DNA from: Nitrososphaerota archaeon | GTDB lineage: Archaea > Thermoproteota > Nitrososphaeria_A > Caldarchaeales > Calditenuaceae | DNA length: 64,000 nt | Reading direction: 5' to 3' | NCBI GenBank assembly: GCA_033581555.1 | Contig: JAVQSZ010000005.1 | Location: 1 to 64,000, forward strand | Part shown: one piece after another, positions 8,201-17,952 of the stretch | Position numbering within the stretch: position 1 is the first letter of the stretch | How the letters are laid out: the number at the start of each line of letters is the position of its first letter | Notes under the pieces: generated by a model | Database searches by the model: none | What the model was told of the DNA's origin: nothing | Seen by the model: the letters and a program-made list of their open reading frames with translations, nothing else | Position numbers and translations under genes: made by a program

Positions 8201-9409
8201 GTGAAGAGGGCTGTCATAGCGACGGTCGTCGTGGCGCTAGCGGCGGTCGTCGCGCTTGCGGCGCTCAGCTCGGTCCAGAGGGCCGCTCCCGCGGAGCCGA
8301 TCAGGATAGGCTTCCTCGGACCTCTGACCGGTCCCTTCGCCGCCTGGGGGCTCAACCACAGGGACGGGATGGCCTTCGCGGTCGAGGAGCTGAACGCGAG
8401 GGGAGGAGTTCTGGGGAGGAGGCTGGAGCTGGTCGTGAGGGACGACAGGAACAGCCCCTCGGAGGCGATCGCGGCCTTCAGGGAGCTGGTCGAGGTCCAA
8501 AGGGTCGTAGCGGTCGCGGGCCCGGTCTCCAGCGACATCGGGCTCGCGCTCTCGAGGGAGGCCGATAGGTACAGGGTGCCGCTCTTCCTTCACGCAGCGG
8601 GCTCCGACAGGGTTCTTAGCCGTTCCAGCAGGTTCACCTTCAGGACCTGCCTCCCCTCCGCCTCGATGCACGAGGAGCTCTTCGGGGAGTTCATCGCCTC
8701 TCACGGGATCAGGAGGGTCGCGAACCTGATCGCTGACTACGAGTGGGGCCACTCGATCAGGGAGGCAGTCGAGAGGGTCGCGAGGAGGCTCGGAGTCGAG
8801 CTGGTCACGGAGGTGGCGCCGCTCGCCGAGAGGGACTTCACGCCTTATCTGAGGAGGCTGAAGGACTTCGACCCTGAGCTGATCATAGCCACCGGCCACC
8901 CGCCGGGGCTCGCGACGATCGTCAAGCAGAGCTCCGAGCTCGGGTTGAGGGCGAAGTGGATCACCGGGTCGATACCGCCGGCGGCCCCTCTCGTCAGCTC
9001 TCTGGGCGAGCTGGCCTTCGAGAGGGTCCTCTTGACCAACTGTGCCGACTACGGAAGCGAGGAGTACGTCAGGCTCGCGGAGAGGTTCAGGGCGAGGTTC
9101 GGATCCTTGATGGAGCAGTTCGCGGTGACGGGGTACGTGACGGTGATGCTGATCGCCGACGCGGTCTCAAGGACCGGATCGACCGACCCAGCGAAGGTCG
9201 CGGAGGCCGTGAGGACCGGGAGGTTCGTGACGGAGCTGCTCAACTGGCCCCTCTCCTACACCGAGTGGGGCGAGTTGAGGGAGGCGAGGATGAGCTTCGC
9301 GGTGATAAGGAGGGGGGACCCGCCGGGCGGCGTGAACCCCGGAGCGGGCTGGCACCTCGAGACCCTCTTCGTCACCTCGAGGCCCGTGAGGCCCTATGAG
9401 CCGCCGTGA
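8201..9409 (+). CDS. Branched-chain amino acid-type ABC substrate-binding protein (LivK-like)
   Basis: N-terminal anchor, IRIGFLGPLTGPFA..G, NARGGVLGRRLELVVRDD. Confidence 0.92.
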   Translation: MKRAVIATVVVALAAVVALAALSSVQRAAPAEPIRIGFLGPLTGPFAAWGLNHRDGMAFAVEELNARGGVLGRRLELVVRDDRNSPSEAIAAFRELVEVQRVVAVAGPVSSDIGLALSREADRYRVPLFLHAAGSDRVLSRSSRFTFRTCLPSASMHEELFGEFIASHGIRRVANLIADYEWGHSIREAVERVARRLGVELVTEVAPLAERDFTPYLRRLKDFDPELIIATGHPPGLATIVKQSSELGLRAKWITGSIPPAAPLVSSLGELAFERVLLTNCADYGSEEYVRLAERFRARFGSLMEQFAVTGYVTVMLIADAVSRTGSTDPAKVAEAVRTGRFVTELLNWPLSYTEWGELREARMSFAVIRRGDPPGGVNPGAGWHLETLFVTSRPVRPYEPP

Positions 9410-10112
9410 GCCGCTGATGAGGGCGGTGAACGTCACGAAGTCGCTCGGAGGGAACCAGGTCCTGAGGGGCGCCAGCCTCGAGGTAGCGGAGGGCGAGGTC
9501 GTCGGGCTCATCGGCCCCAACGGCTCCGGGAAGACGACGCTCGTCAACGTGATCACCGGGCTCTGGAGGCCGGACTCGGGCAGGGTGACGGTCGACGGGG
9601 TGGAGGTGACATGGATGCAGCCCGAGGGGATCGCGAGGCTCGGCATCAGGAGGACCTTCCAGGTCCCGAGGCTTTTCGGGAGGCTCACGGCCCTCCAGAA
9701 CGCCGCGCTCCCGCTGATCGCGGAGGGCGCTCGCGACGCCTACGAGAGGGCAAAGGAGGTCCTCGAGGCGCTCGGGTTCAGGGAGCTCGACGCGAAGCCC
9801 GACGAGCTGGACCTCCCCAAAAGGAGACTGATCGAGATCGCGAGGGCGGTCGCGGCGAGGCCGAGGCTCCTGGTGATCGACGAGCTGCTCGCAGGACTCA
9901 CGGACGAGGAGTGCGAGGCCTACGTCTCCTCGCTGATGGGGCTGAGGCGCGACCTCGGCTTCTCGGTCCTCTGGGTCGAGCACGTGGTCAGGTGGCTCTT
10001 CAGGGCCGCCGACAGGGTCGCGGTGATGAACGAGGGCTCGGTGGTCGCGGAGGGCGTCCCCGAGGATGTCAGGTCCTCTCCAGTGGTGAGCAGGATCTAC
10101 TTCGGTGCTTGA
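9396..10112 (+). CDS. ABC ATP-binding protein, LivG-like
   Basis: GPNGSGKT, GIRRTFQ, LLVIDE, VEH. Confidence 0.9.
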   Translation: MSRREPLMRAVNVTKSLGGNQVLRGASLEVAEGEVVGLIGPNGSGKTTLVNVITGLWRPDSGRVTVDGVEVTWMQPEGIARLGIRRTFQVPRLFGRLTALQNAALPLIAEGARDAYERAKEVLEALGFRELDAKPDELDLPKRRLIEIARAVAARPRLLVIDELLAGLTDEECEAYVSSLMGLRRDLGFSVLWVEHVVRWLFRAADRVAVMNEGSVVAEGVPEDVRSSPVVSRIYFGA

Positions 10113-10822
10113 GCGTGCTCGAGGTCAAGGACGCGAGGGCGGTCGTCAACGGCCACGAAGTCCTGAGGGGCGTGACAGTGAGGACACGGGACGGAGAGTC
10201 GGTCGCGCTGGTAGGGCCCAACGGCTCCGGGAAGACGACGCTCCTCAGGGCGATCGCGGGCCTCGTCCGCCTCTCCTCGGGCAGTGTCCTGATCGACGGC
10301 GTGGACGTCACGTCGGCTCCCGTTAAGGTCAGGACCTCGATGGGGGTTGCGCTGGTCCCGAGCGAGAACGAGGTCTTCCCCGACCTCACCGTCCTCGAGA
10401 ACCTGGTCGCCGCGGGCTCGACGGTCAGGGACGGGTCCGAGCTGGCGCGAAGGGTCGAGTGGGCCCTCTCTGCCTTCGGGAGGCTGAGGGAGAGGTCACG
10501 GGTGAAGGCTTCGGCGCTGAGCGGCGGCGAGAGGAGGATGCTCGCGATCGCGATGGGGCTGGTGAGGTCTCCGAGGGTCCTGCTCCTCGATGAGCCGAGC
10601 AGCGGCCTCTCTCCCGTGGCATTGAGGGAGGTGGCCTCGGTCCTGATGTCCATCAAGGGCCCGAGGAGGTCTGTGCTGGTCGCGGAGCAGAACCTCGACG
10701 CCGCCCTCGCCCTCGCCGAGAGGGTCTACGTGCTGAAGGGGGGCACGGTGGTGGCTGAGGCCCCGAGCTCGGAGAGGGAGGCGCTCGCGAGGGCCTTCGC
10801 GTCGTCCCACTGGGTGACCTGA
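10109..10822 (+). CDS. ABC ATP-binding protein, LivF-like
   Basis: TTG 10109 overlaps upstream stop; GPNGSGKT, LSGGE, LLLDEPS, AEQN. Confidence 0.9.
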   Translation: MSVLEVKDARAVVNGHEVLRGVTVRTRDGESVALVGPNGSGKTTLLRAIAGLVRLSSGSVLIDGVDVTSAPVKVRTSMGVALVPSENEVFPDLTVLENLVAAGSTVRDGSELARRVEWALSAFGRLRERSRVKASALSGGERRMLAIAMGLVRSPRVLLLDEPSSGLSPVALREVASVLMSIKGPRRSVLVAEQNLDAALALAERVYVLKGGTVVAEAPSSEREALARAFASSHWVT

Positions 10823-10823
10823 C

Positions 10824-11663
10824 TTGATCGACGTCGTGGTCGACGGCGTCTCGTTCGGGCTCCAGCTCGCGATGCTCGGCGTCGGACTCACGGTCGTCTA
10901 CGGAATAGCGGGCGTCCTGAACCTCTCCCACGGCGAGTGGGTCGTGGCCTCGACGGTCTCCGCCTCATTGATGTTCGCCTCCGGGCTCCACCCGGCCGTC
11001 GCGGCCCCCGCGGCCCTCCTTCCGGCCGTCCTCATCTCGCTCCTCACCTGGTCCCTCCTCAGGCCCCTCCAGAAACTCGGCGACGAGGAGAGGTCTGCCT
11101 TCGGGCTCGTGGTGACCCTCGCGCTCGCCCTCGCCCTCCACGGCGTCTTCACGTCCCAGTTCGCGACGGCCCACTACTCCCTCCAGGTCCCGGTAGGGCC
11201 CCTGAAGGTCGCGGGGTTCGACCTGAGGTCGTCGTCGCTGATCTCATCCGCGGTGGCCGCGCTCGTCCTCGCGTCGCTGCACCTCTTCGTGACGAGGACC
11301 AGGACCGGGATCGCGCTCCGGGCCACCTTCCAGAACCCGCGGCTCGCGGAGCTCCAGGGCATCGACGTGGGGAGGATGAGGTACGCCGCCTTCGTCCTCT
11401 CGGCGCTCCTCGCCGGCGGAGCCGGCCTGCTCCTGGGCACGACGGCCTCGGTGGACCCCGCCAGCGGCCTCGAGCTGACCGTCTTCTCGCTGACCGTCTG
11501 CATCATCGGCGGAGTCAGGAGCGTGAGGGGCGCGGTCGCGGCCGGCGTGACGTTGGGCGTGACCGACTCGGTGCTCTCCTACCTTATCGGCGCCTACCTC
11601 TCGCAGTTCCTCCTCCTGATGGTCGCCTCAGCGGCCCTCGCGTCCAAGGTGAGGATCGGTTGA
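10824..11663 (+). CDS. ABC permease, LivH-like
   Basis: GLTVVYGIAGVLNLSHGE, RTRTGIALRA...GID; multi-TM. Confidence 0.9.
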   Translation: MIDVVVDGVSFGLQLAMLGVGLTVVYGIAGVLNLSHGEWVVASTVSASLMFASGLHPAVAAPAALLPAVLISLLTWSLLRPLQKLGDEERSAFGLVVTLALALALHGVFTSQFATAHYSLQVPVGPLKVAGFDLRSSSLISSAVAALVLASLHLFVTRTRTGIALRATFQNPRLAELQGIDVGRMRYAAFVLSALLAGGAGLLLGTTASVDPASGLELTVFSLTVCIIGGVRSVRGAVAAGVTLGVTDSVLSYLIGAYLSQFLLLMVASAALASKVRIG

Positions 11664-12634
11664 GGCTGAGGTGGTCCGGTGAGGCCACCGTCGCGGTCTT
11701 GGCGTCTGCGCTCCTCGCGTCCTCACTCTCCTCCGAGAGCCTCTACGCCCTCCGGGTCGTGGGCAGCGTCGCCTTCTACGTCGCGGTCTCTCAGGCCGTG
11801 GGGCTCGTCTTCGCGGCTACCGGCCAGGTCTTCCTCGCCTTCGGGGCGCTCGCGGGGACCTCCGTCTACGTCTCCTCGCTCCTGACGATCCACCTCGGTC
11901 TCCACCACGCGGTCGCCTCGGCGGCGGGCGTCTCGGCGTCAGTGCTCCTCGGGACGGCAGTCTCCACGGCAGCTGCAGCCAGGGGCATCTCGGGGATGCA
12001 CTTCGGCGTCCTGACGCTCCTCGTCGCCCTCGCGTTCGAGGTGCTGGTGATGGGGATGAGGGAGGTGACCTTCGGTGAGGCCGGCTTCGAGGTCCCCGAC
12101 CCGCTGTCAGGGCTCGGAAGGCTGGCCTCCGCGAGGGCCTACGCCCTAGTGGGCGCTGCGCTCCTCTCCGCCTCCACGGCCCTCAACCTGATCCTTCTCC
12201 GCTCCAGGGTCGGAGTCCTGATGAGGGCGGTCGGGGAGGACGCGGAGCTCGTGAGGTTCTCCGGCGTGAACCCGGTGAGGTACAAGGCCATCGCCGCGGC
12301 CCTCGGATCGCTCTACGCCTCCGCCGCGGGACAGCTCTATGCCCACTCGAACGGCTTCGCCTCGCCCTCGATGTTCTCGCTCGCGGAGGTCGACGCGCTC
12401 GCCTACCTCGTCTGCATCGTCGGGGGCCTCGGAAGCGCTGCCGGCGTCCTGGTCGCGGGGACCGGCGTCACCCTCCTGAAGGAGGCGACGAGGGGCCTCG
12501 GGGAGCTCCAGCTGGCAGTCTTCGGGCTCAGCCTCCTCGCGTCGGTGACCGTGATGAAGTCCGGAGCCCTGAGCAGGACGCTCCGGCTCACGGCCTCTGG
12601 GCGACGAAGACCGAGTACCTCGAATCAGGTGTGA
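11660..12634 (+). CDS. ABC permease, LivM-like
   Basis: TTG 11660 overlaps upstream stop; TGQVFLAFGA, RSRVGVLMRAVGED, IVGGLGS. Confidence 0.87.
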   Translation: MRLRWSGEATVAVLASALLASSLSSESLYALRVVGSVAFYVAVSQAVGLVFAATGQVFLAFGALAGTSVYVSSLLTIHLGLHHAVASAAGVSASVLLGTAVSTAAAARGISGMHFGVLTLLVALAFEVLVMGMREVTFGEAGFEVPDPLSGLGRLASARAYALVGAALLSASTALNLILLRSRVGVLMRAVGEDAELVRFSGVNPVRYKAIAAALGSLYASAAGQLYAHSNGFASPSMFSLAEVDALAYLVCIVGGLGSAAGVLVAGTGVTLLKEATRGLGELQLAVFGLSLLASVTVMKSGALSRTLRLTASGRRRPSTSNQV

Positions 12635-13886
12635 CGGACCTCACGTGGACCCTGATAGCCGAGAGCCCCGAGAACCTGAGGACCCGGAACTCCCCCTCCT
12701 TCGCGGTGACCGACTCGGCCTTGAACCAGAAGTCCTTGGATTCGACGTCGGCGTAGGGGCTGAAGGTCCCGTATACGGTGAGCTCGACCTCTCCTTCGTG
12801 CACGAGCAGGTTCAGGGCGACCTCGTCCCACTCCATCACGTTGATCGGCGGGTCGAGGAACGCTCCATCGGGCCTTACCACGTCACGGAAGGCGAGGGCC
12901 CAGAAGAGGCTCGACCTAGGGAGCTCCTCCAGCTCCAGCACCGTCGAGGAGTACCTGCCGTTCCAGTCGATGAGCCCCAGCCTCCCCCTCAGCGTCCAGA
13001 AGACGTGGGTCGTCTCGTGGAGCCCGACCGAGGTCGGCCTGTAGACCTCTCTGCTTCCCCACCTGCGGTGCTTGTCCCCGAGTGCGAAGAAGGGCCTCAT
13101 CCAGCCCCAGACCGGCCTGCAGTCCTCGTCGACCGCGACCACGCCGCCCCCCGCCTCCATCCCGATCACGGTCACGTTCCCCCCGAGCTCCGCGAGCCCA
13201 AGCCTCAGCGCAGAGTGCGGCTTCATCGGCCAGAAGACGTTCTTAGTCGAGTCCGGCGGACACGACCAGACCACCGACCCGTCCTTCTCCCTGACCTCGA
13301 AGACGCCCTCTCTGCTCCCGTTCACCGCCACCAGCAAATCGCCGCCGAAGTCGTTCCCGTGGATCCCGCTGGGCGTGCGGCCCTCGACCCTCGAGAGCTT
13401 CGCGACCCCGGGCCCCAGCTTGAGGTTCCAGACAGTGTTCCCCTCGAAGCCGATCCTCCTGACGAACCCTGCGGAGTAGTCCGTGATGATCAAGCCCTTC
13501 AGGTCGGAGGTAGGGAGGCAGTCGTGGGACCACTTCGCGTCGCTCGGCCTCGCGATCAGCCTGACGTTCCTCCCCTTCCTCGGAACCAGGACGTAGTTGT
13601 TGTCGAGGTCCGCGCAGATTACGTCCCCTGGCTGGGCCCCGATCTCGGGTATCTCCTCGGTGACCATCCTGACGATGTGCGGGTTCGCGGTGACTGCCCT
13701 CCCTCCGACCCTGTGCTCCCAGACCACCTCTCCGGACTCGAGGCTGTAGATCAACGCCGACCTCCTGATGTGGGGGTCGGCCATCACGAGCACCTCTTCG
13801 CCGGTCACGGGGTCGACGAGGTTCTCCGCGAAGTGGGGCGCGTACCCGTGCCTCGAGAAGAGCACCCTGGCCTTCAACCCTAGCAT
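12588..13886 (-). CDS. Uncharacterised beta-propeller protein (arylsulfotransferase/PQQ-like blades) with C-terminal beta domain
   Basis: Repeated GEVVWE, GNTVWN, GSVVWS, RPVWG blade ends; WSHDCLP..GLIITDY; ATG 13886. Confidence 0.65.
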   Translation of the reverse strand: MLGLKARVLFSRHGYAPHFAENLVDPVTGEEVLVMADPHIRRSALIYSLESGEVVWEHRVGGRAVTANPHIVRMVTEEIPEIGAQPGDVICADLDNNYVLVPRKGRNVRLIARPSDAKWSHDCLPTSDLKGLIITDYSAGFVRRIGFEGNTVWNLKLGPGVAKLSRVEGRTPSGIHGNDFGGDLLVAVNGSREGVFEVREKDGSVVWSCPPDSTKNVFWPMKPHSALRLGLAELGGNVTVIGMEAGGGVVAVDEDCRPVWGWMRPFFALGDKHRRWGSREVYRPTSVGLHETTHVFWTLRGRLGLIDWNGRYSSTVLELEELPRSSLFWALAFRDVVRPDGAFLDPPINVMEWDEVALNLLVHEGEVELTVYGTFSPYADVESKDFWFKAESVTAKEGEFRVLRFSGLSAIRVHVRSVTPDSRYSVFVAQRP

Positions 13887-13971
13887 CGGCCGCAGACGAC
13901 GGTCCCCGATATTCGGCTTTTTTCGCGGGGCCAAAGGTTAATGGGGGCTGGGGAGGAGTCCGACGCAGCGG

Positions 13972-14715
13972 ATGGCGAGGCTCGGCCAGCACTTCCTCAG
14001 GGACAGGAGCGTGGCCGAGAGGATGGTGGAGCTCGCGGAGATACGGAGGGACGACGTGGTCCTCGAGGTCGGGACCGGGACAGGAGAGCTGACAGAGGCG
14101 ATCGCCCGGACCGGGTGCAGGGTCGTGACCGTTGAGATCGACCCGGTCCTCGCTGAGGTCGCAAGGAGGAGGCTGAGCGGGTACGGGAACGTCGAGGTCA
14201 TCCATGCCGACGCCCTGAGGGTCGAGCTCCCGGAGTTCAACAAGGTCCTCTCCTCCCCTCCCTACTACATCTCCACGAAGCTCCTCAGGTGGCTGGCCAC
14301 GAGGGCGCTCCCGGAGAGGGCGGTCCTGCTCCTCCAAAGGGAGTTCGCGGAGAAGCTGGTCGCGGAGCCCGGGTCGAGGAAGTACGTCCTCACAAGCCTG
14401 TTGGTGAGGAGCGCCTTCGAAGTCAGGATCGCCTTCGACGTCGGCAGGAAGGCCTTCAGCCCACCACCAAAGGTCACGTCCTCAGTGGTCGCGCTCTCGA
14501 GGAGGTCCGGAGAGGTCTACCCCGACTGGTTCGTCGAGGTGCTCGCGAAGGCCTTCACGACCAGGCGCAGGCTCCTCAGGGGAGCTCTGGCCAGGGTCTC
14601 AGTGCCTTGCCCTCCGGACCTCTCGGGGCTCAGGGTCTGCGAGCTCGACCCTGACCTGGCCCGTAGGCTCCTCGAGGCCATCCAGGAGAGCCGTCGGCCG
14701 CACCAACTCGCGTAG
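13972..14715 (+). CDS. rsmA: 16S rRNA m6,2A dimethyltransferase KsgA/Dim1
   Basis: LGQHFL, VLEVGTGTGELT, SSPPYYIS, QREFAEKL, FSPPPKV. Confidence 0.96.
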   Translation: MARLGQHFLRDRSVAERMVELAEIRRDDVVLEVGTGTGELTEAIARTGCRVVTVEIDPVLAEVARRRLSGYGNVEVIHADALRVELPEFNKVLSSPPYYISTKLLRWLATRALPERAVLLLQREFAEKLVAEPGSRKYVLTSLLVRSAFEVRIAFDVGRKAFSPPPKVTSSVVALSRRSGEVYPDWFVEVLAKAFTTRRRLLRGALARVSVPCPPDLSGLRVCELDPDLARRLLEAIQESRRPHQLA

Positions 14716-14718
14716 ATA

Positions 14719-15945
14719 TTGAGGGGAGGGAGATTGTATGGCGTGAAGAGCCGGTTGGTCTACCCCGTGGCGGGCATGGCGGCCAACCTGGTGCTCGGGA
14801 CGATCTACAGCTGGAGCGTCTTCCGCAAGCCCCTCGAGGACTTCTGCGGTTGGTCCGAGTTCGAGTCCTCTCTCCCCTTCTCGGTCTTCCTCTTCTCCTT
14901 CGCCGCCACGATGCCCTTCGGAGGCCGGATGATCGCGAGGCACGGGCCGCAGCTCACCGCGGCCGTCGGCGCGGTCCTCGTCTGGGCCGGATGGGTCCTC
15001 TCGAGCATCGTGTTCCCGATGAGGGACTCGCTGCTCCTGACGCTCTTCTTCTACGGCGTCGTCGCGGGCGTCGGCGTCGGGCTCTACTACGGCGTCCCGA
15101 TCGCGGTCTCGAGCAGGTGGTTCCCCGAGAGGAGGGGGCTGGCGGTGGGGCTGACGGTCCTCGGGTTTGGGCTATCGCCGCTGGTCACGGCGCCCCTCGC
15201 GGCCCACTCGATCCTTCAGCTCGGCGTGACCGGAGCCTTCGCGGTGCTCGGGACGGCGTTCGGGGTCCTCCTCGCGGTCCTCTCGAGGCTCCTCAGGTTT
15301 CCCGAGGCCGGGGAAGTCCAGGCTGCGGTGGGGGTGGGCCGGCCCTCCGAGAGGGACGTCGCGCCCGACCGGATGGTGAGGACGGGACTCTTCAGGGCCC
15401 TCTGGCTCTGCTACCTCCTGGGGACCTTCGGCGGTTTCATCGCGATCTCCCTCTCCGCGAAGTATTGCATCGATGTGATCGGCATGACCCCTCAGGCCGC
15501 GGCCGCGATGACCGGGCTCTTCGCGGTCTTCAACGGCGCCGGCAGGCCCTTCTTCGGGTACCTGACCGACAGGCTCTCCGCCAGGGCCGCGGCCCTCCTC
15601 AGCTTCGCGATCCTACTGGTCGCGTCCTCGACGATGGCGCTCTCGGAATCGTTCGCGGCTTTCGTCGCATCCTTCTCCGCGCTCTGGTTCGTCTTCGGGG
15701 GATGGCTAGCGATCGCGCCAAGCCTGACGTCGAAGTTCTTCGGGCTTAGGCACCTCTCGACCAATTATGGGATCGTCTTCACCGCCTACGGCGCGTCGGC
15801 GTTGCTCGCTCCCCCCATCGCCGCGTACCTCCGCGGGTCCCTCGGGACCTACGCCGTGCCCTTCGCGACCACCGCCGCCCTCTCGGTGATCGGGATGGTC
15901 CTCGCTGCCCTTTGGCTGAGGCCCGAGCGGGAGGGGACGCCCTGA
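14719..15945 (+). CDS. MFS transporter, oxalate:formate antiporter family
   Basis: GTIYSWSVF, WFPERRGLAVG, FNGAGRPFFG, NYGIVFTAYG; about 12 TM. Confidence 0.9.
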   Translation: MRGGRLYGVKSRLVYPVAGMAANLVLGTIYSWSVFRKPLEDFCGWSEFESSLPFSVFLFSFAATMPFGGRMIARHGPQLTAAVGAVLVWAGWVLSSIVFPMRDSLLLTLFFYGVVAGVGVGLYYGVPIAVSSRWFPERRGLAVGLTVLGFGLSPLVTAPLAAHSILQLGVTGAFAVLGTAFGVLLAVLSRLLRFPEAGEVQAAVGVGRPSERDVAPDRMVRTGLFRALWLCYLLGTFGGFIAISLSAKYCIDVIGMTPQAAAAMTGLFAVFNGAGRPFFGYLTDRLSARAAALLSFAILLVASSTMALSESFAAFVASFSALWFVFGGWLAIAPSLTSKFFGLRHLSTNYGIVFTAYGASALLAPPIAAYLRGSLGTYAVPFATTAALSVIGMVLAALWLRPEREGTP

Positions 15946-16003
15946 GTCCGATCGGCCGCGGGAAGCTTTTTCGTCGACGGAGCGAGACTACTCCGGGCTG
16001 AGC

Positions 16004-17248
16004 GTGGACTTCAGCACGGTCGCGGCCTCGAGGGTCGAGGCGGGGCTCGAGAGGAGCTACTGCGAGGTCTGCGGGAACGTCGCGAGGTTCTGCAAGCTGA
16101 CGAGGTGCCCGTTCTACAGACACGTCGTCGACGGGCTGAAAGGCCTGATCACGTCCTCGAGGGGCTCGGTCTTCGGTCCCACCCCTCCGGCGATGTTGGT
16201 GGGGGAGAGGGGTTATCCGAAGGTCGTCGCGGGGCCCGCGGTCAGCGTCGCTCCCGAGCTGCTCCTCGGACCGAACCCCAGGGAGTGGCTCGGCAAGTCC
16301 ATCGACGAGCTGCTCGCCTCGAGGCTCTCGCTGGTCATGGGGAGGAAGAAGGTCGACGTGAGGAGGCCGCTCTCCGAGAGGACGGTCCGTGAGCTGATCG
16401 AGGCCGAGCTCTCGGTCAAGCCCGTCGACGTCGAGCTCTCCTACGACGGGCCGGTCGTCCACAGGCCCGGGTTCTTCGCGAGGTCGATGCCCCACGGCCC
16501 CTCCGTGAGGCTGAAGACGGCCCGGGTAGCGGGGAACCCGAGGATCCCGAAGAGGGTCGAGGAGGTGATCGAGGAGGGGATGAGGGCCGAGCAGGCGGTC
16601 ATCGAGCTCGCGGAGAGCGGGCTGGACCAACAGTACGTCACGAGGGTCCTCTCGGTCGGCGCGCTCGGGTCCCCTGCGAGGCGGAGGTTGGTCCCGACGG
16701 AGTGGAGCATCACCGCGGTCGACGAGATCCTCTCGAGGCCGCTGTTGAGGAGGGTGAGGAGGTACCCGATCCTGAACGAGACGAGGTTGCACAGCTTCTC
16801 GGCCCTCCACAACTCGGCCCACGTCCTGCTCCTTCCGACCGCCTGGGCCTTCGAGCTCCTAGAGGGGTGGCTGAGGTTCCCGGAAGACTCGCCCTACGCG
16901 GACCACGAGCTCCACTTCGGGAGGACCGAATACGCCGAGAACACCGGAGGGGCCTACTACGCGGTGAGGCTCTCGGTCCTGAGACACCTCGAGTCCGAGA
17001 GGAGACAGGCGGGCGCGGTCGTCCTCTTCGAGGTCGGAAGGGACTGGATACCGCTCGGCGTCTGGAGGTTCAGGGAGGTGACCGCGGCCGCGCTCGAGAG
17101 GCCGCCGGAGAGGTTCCAGAGCCTCGAGGAGGCCTTAGAGCGGGTCAGGCCGAGGCTCGAGCTCCCGCTGGAGAGGTACCTCGCGAAGAGCGCGGTCATC
17201 AGGACGCTGGTCTCACAGGGGACCCTAACGGGCCCGAAGTCCCTCTGA
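16004..17248 (+). CDS. nreA: Nre family DNA repair protein
   Basis: N-terminal CxxC...C...CP, VGERGYPKV, LSVGALG...RRLVPTEWSITAVD, GGAYYA, IPLGVW. Confidence 0.9.
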   Translation: MDFSTVAASRVEAGLERSYCEVCGNVARFCKLTRCPFYRHVVDGLKGLITSSRGSVFGPTPPAMLVGERGYPKVVAGPAVSVAPELLLGPNPREWLGKSIDELLASRLSLVMGRKKVDVRRPLSERTVRELIEAELSVKPVDVELSYDGPVVHRPGFFARSMPHGPSVRLKTARVAGNPRIPKRVEEVIEEGMRAEQAVIELAESGLDQQYVTRVLSVGALGSPARRRLVPTEWSITAVDEILSRPLLRRVRRYPILNETRLHSFSALHNSAHVLLLPTAWAFELLEGWLRFPEDSPYADHELHFGRTEYAENTGGAYYAVRLSVLRHLESERRQAGAVVLFEVGRDWIPLGVWRFREVTAAALERPPERFQSLEEALERVRPRLELPLERYLAKSAVIRTLVSQGTLTGPKSL

Positions 17249-17271
17249 AACCCATCTGGGACCGGGACGGT

Positions 17272-17952
17272 TCACGCGAGCAGCGCAAAGAGGGACGCTG
17301 CCGCGAGGGCAGTGAGGACGAGGAAGTCGGTCGACCTCACGGACAGAGGCGTGAGCGGCCTCCAAGCGTGCGGGTCGAAGCCCCTCGCCTCGAGCGCCGT
17401 CGAGAGCCTCTCGGCCCTCTCGGCCAATCCCTGGAGCACTCCCCTCATCAGGTGCCCTGCCCCCGTGAAGTAGCTCAGAGGGTGCGTCAGCAGCCCCTTG
17501 CTCCTCAGGGCCAGGACGACCTCGTCGAGGGAGTCGAGCGTCCTGACGACGACCGAGTGGGAGACGGCGATCGCCGTGGACATCCACCTCGGGAACCTGA
17601 GGTGCGAGGAGAGCGACCACGCGAGCTCCCACGAGTCCGTGCCGTACGCGAAGAGCAGCGCCGAGGAGGTCAGCGTCCAGACCCTCAGCGGGAGGAGGGC
17701 GAGCAGGGATAGATCGCGGTCGGGGGAGCCGAGGTACGCGAAGGCCCCGAGCCCTAGACCCATCGGGAGCAACCTCAGGCACCAATTCGCCACCAGAGCG
17801 GGACTTCGGGCGACGGCGAAGGCCGCGACCGTGACGACGACCGCGAGCGGGACGAGGTGGACCGGGTCGCGCTCGAGCGTCGCCGCGCTAGCCACGGCCA
17901 GCAGTCCCAGGAGGGAGACGGTCGGGTGGACCGCGCTCCTCCTACGGATCAA
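17272..17952 (-). CDS. ECF transporter T component
   Basis: Multi-TM with ALRSKG and ALEARGF conserved motifs. Confidence 0.87.
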   Translation of the reverse strand: MIRRRSAVHPTVSLLGLLAVASAATLERDPVHLVPLAVVVTVAAFAVARSPALVANWCLRLLPMGLGLGAFAYLGSPDRDLSLLALLPLRVWTLTSSALLFAYGTDSWELAWSLSSHLRFPRWMSTAIAVSHSVVVRTLDSLDEVVLALRSKGLLTHPLSYFTGAGHLMRGVLQGLAERAERLSTALEARGFDPHAWRPLTPLSVRSTDFLVLTALAAASLFALLA

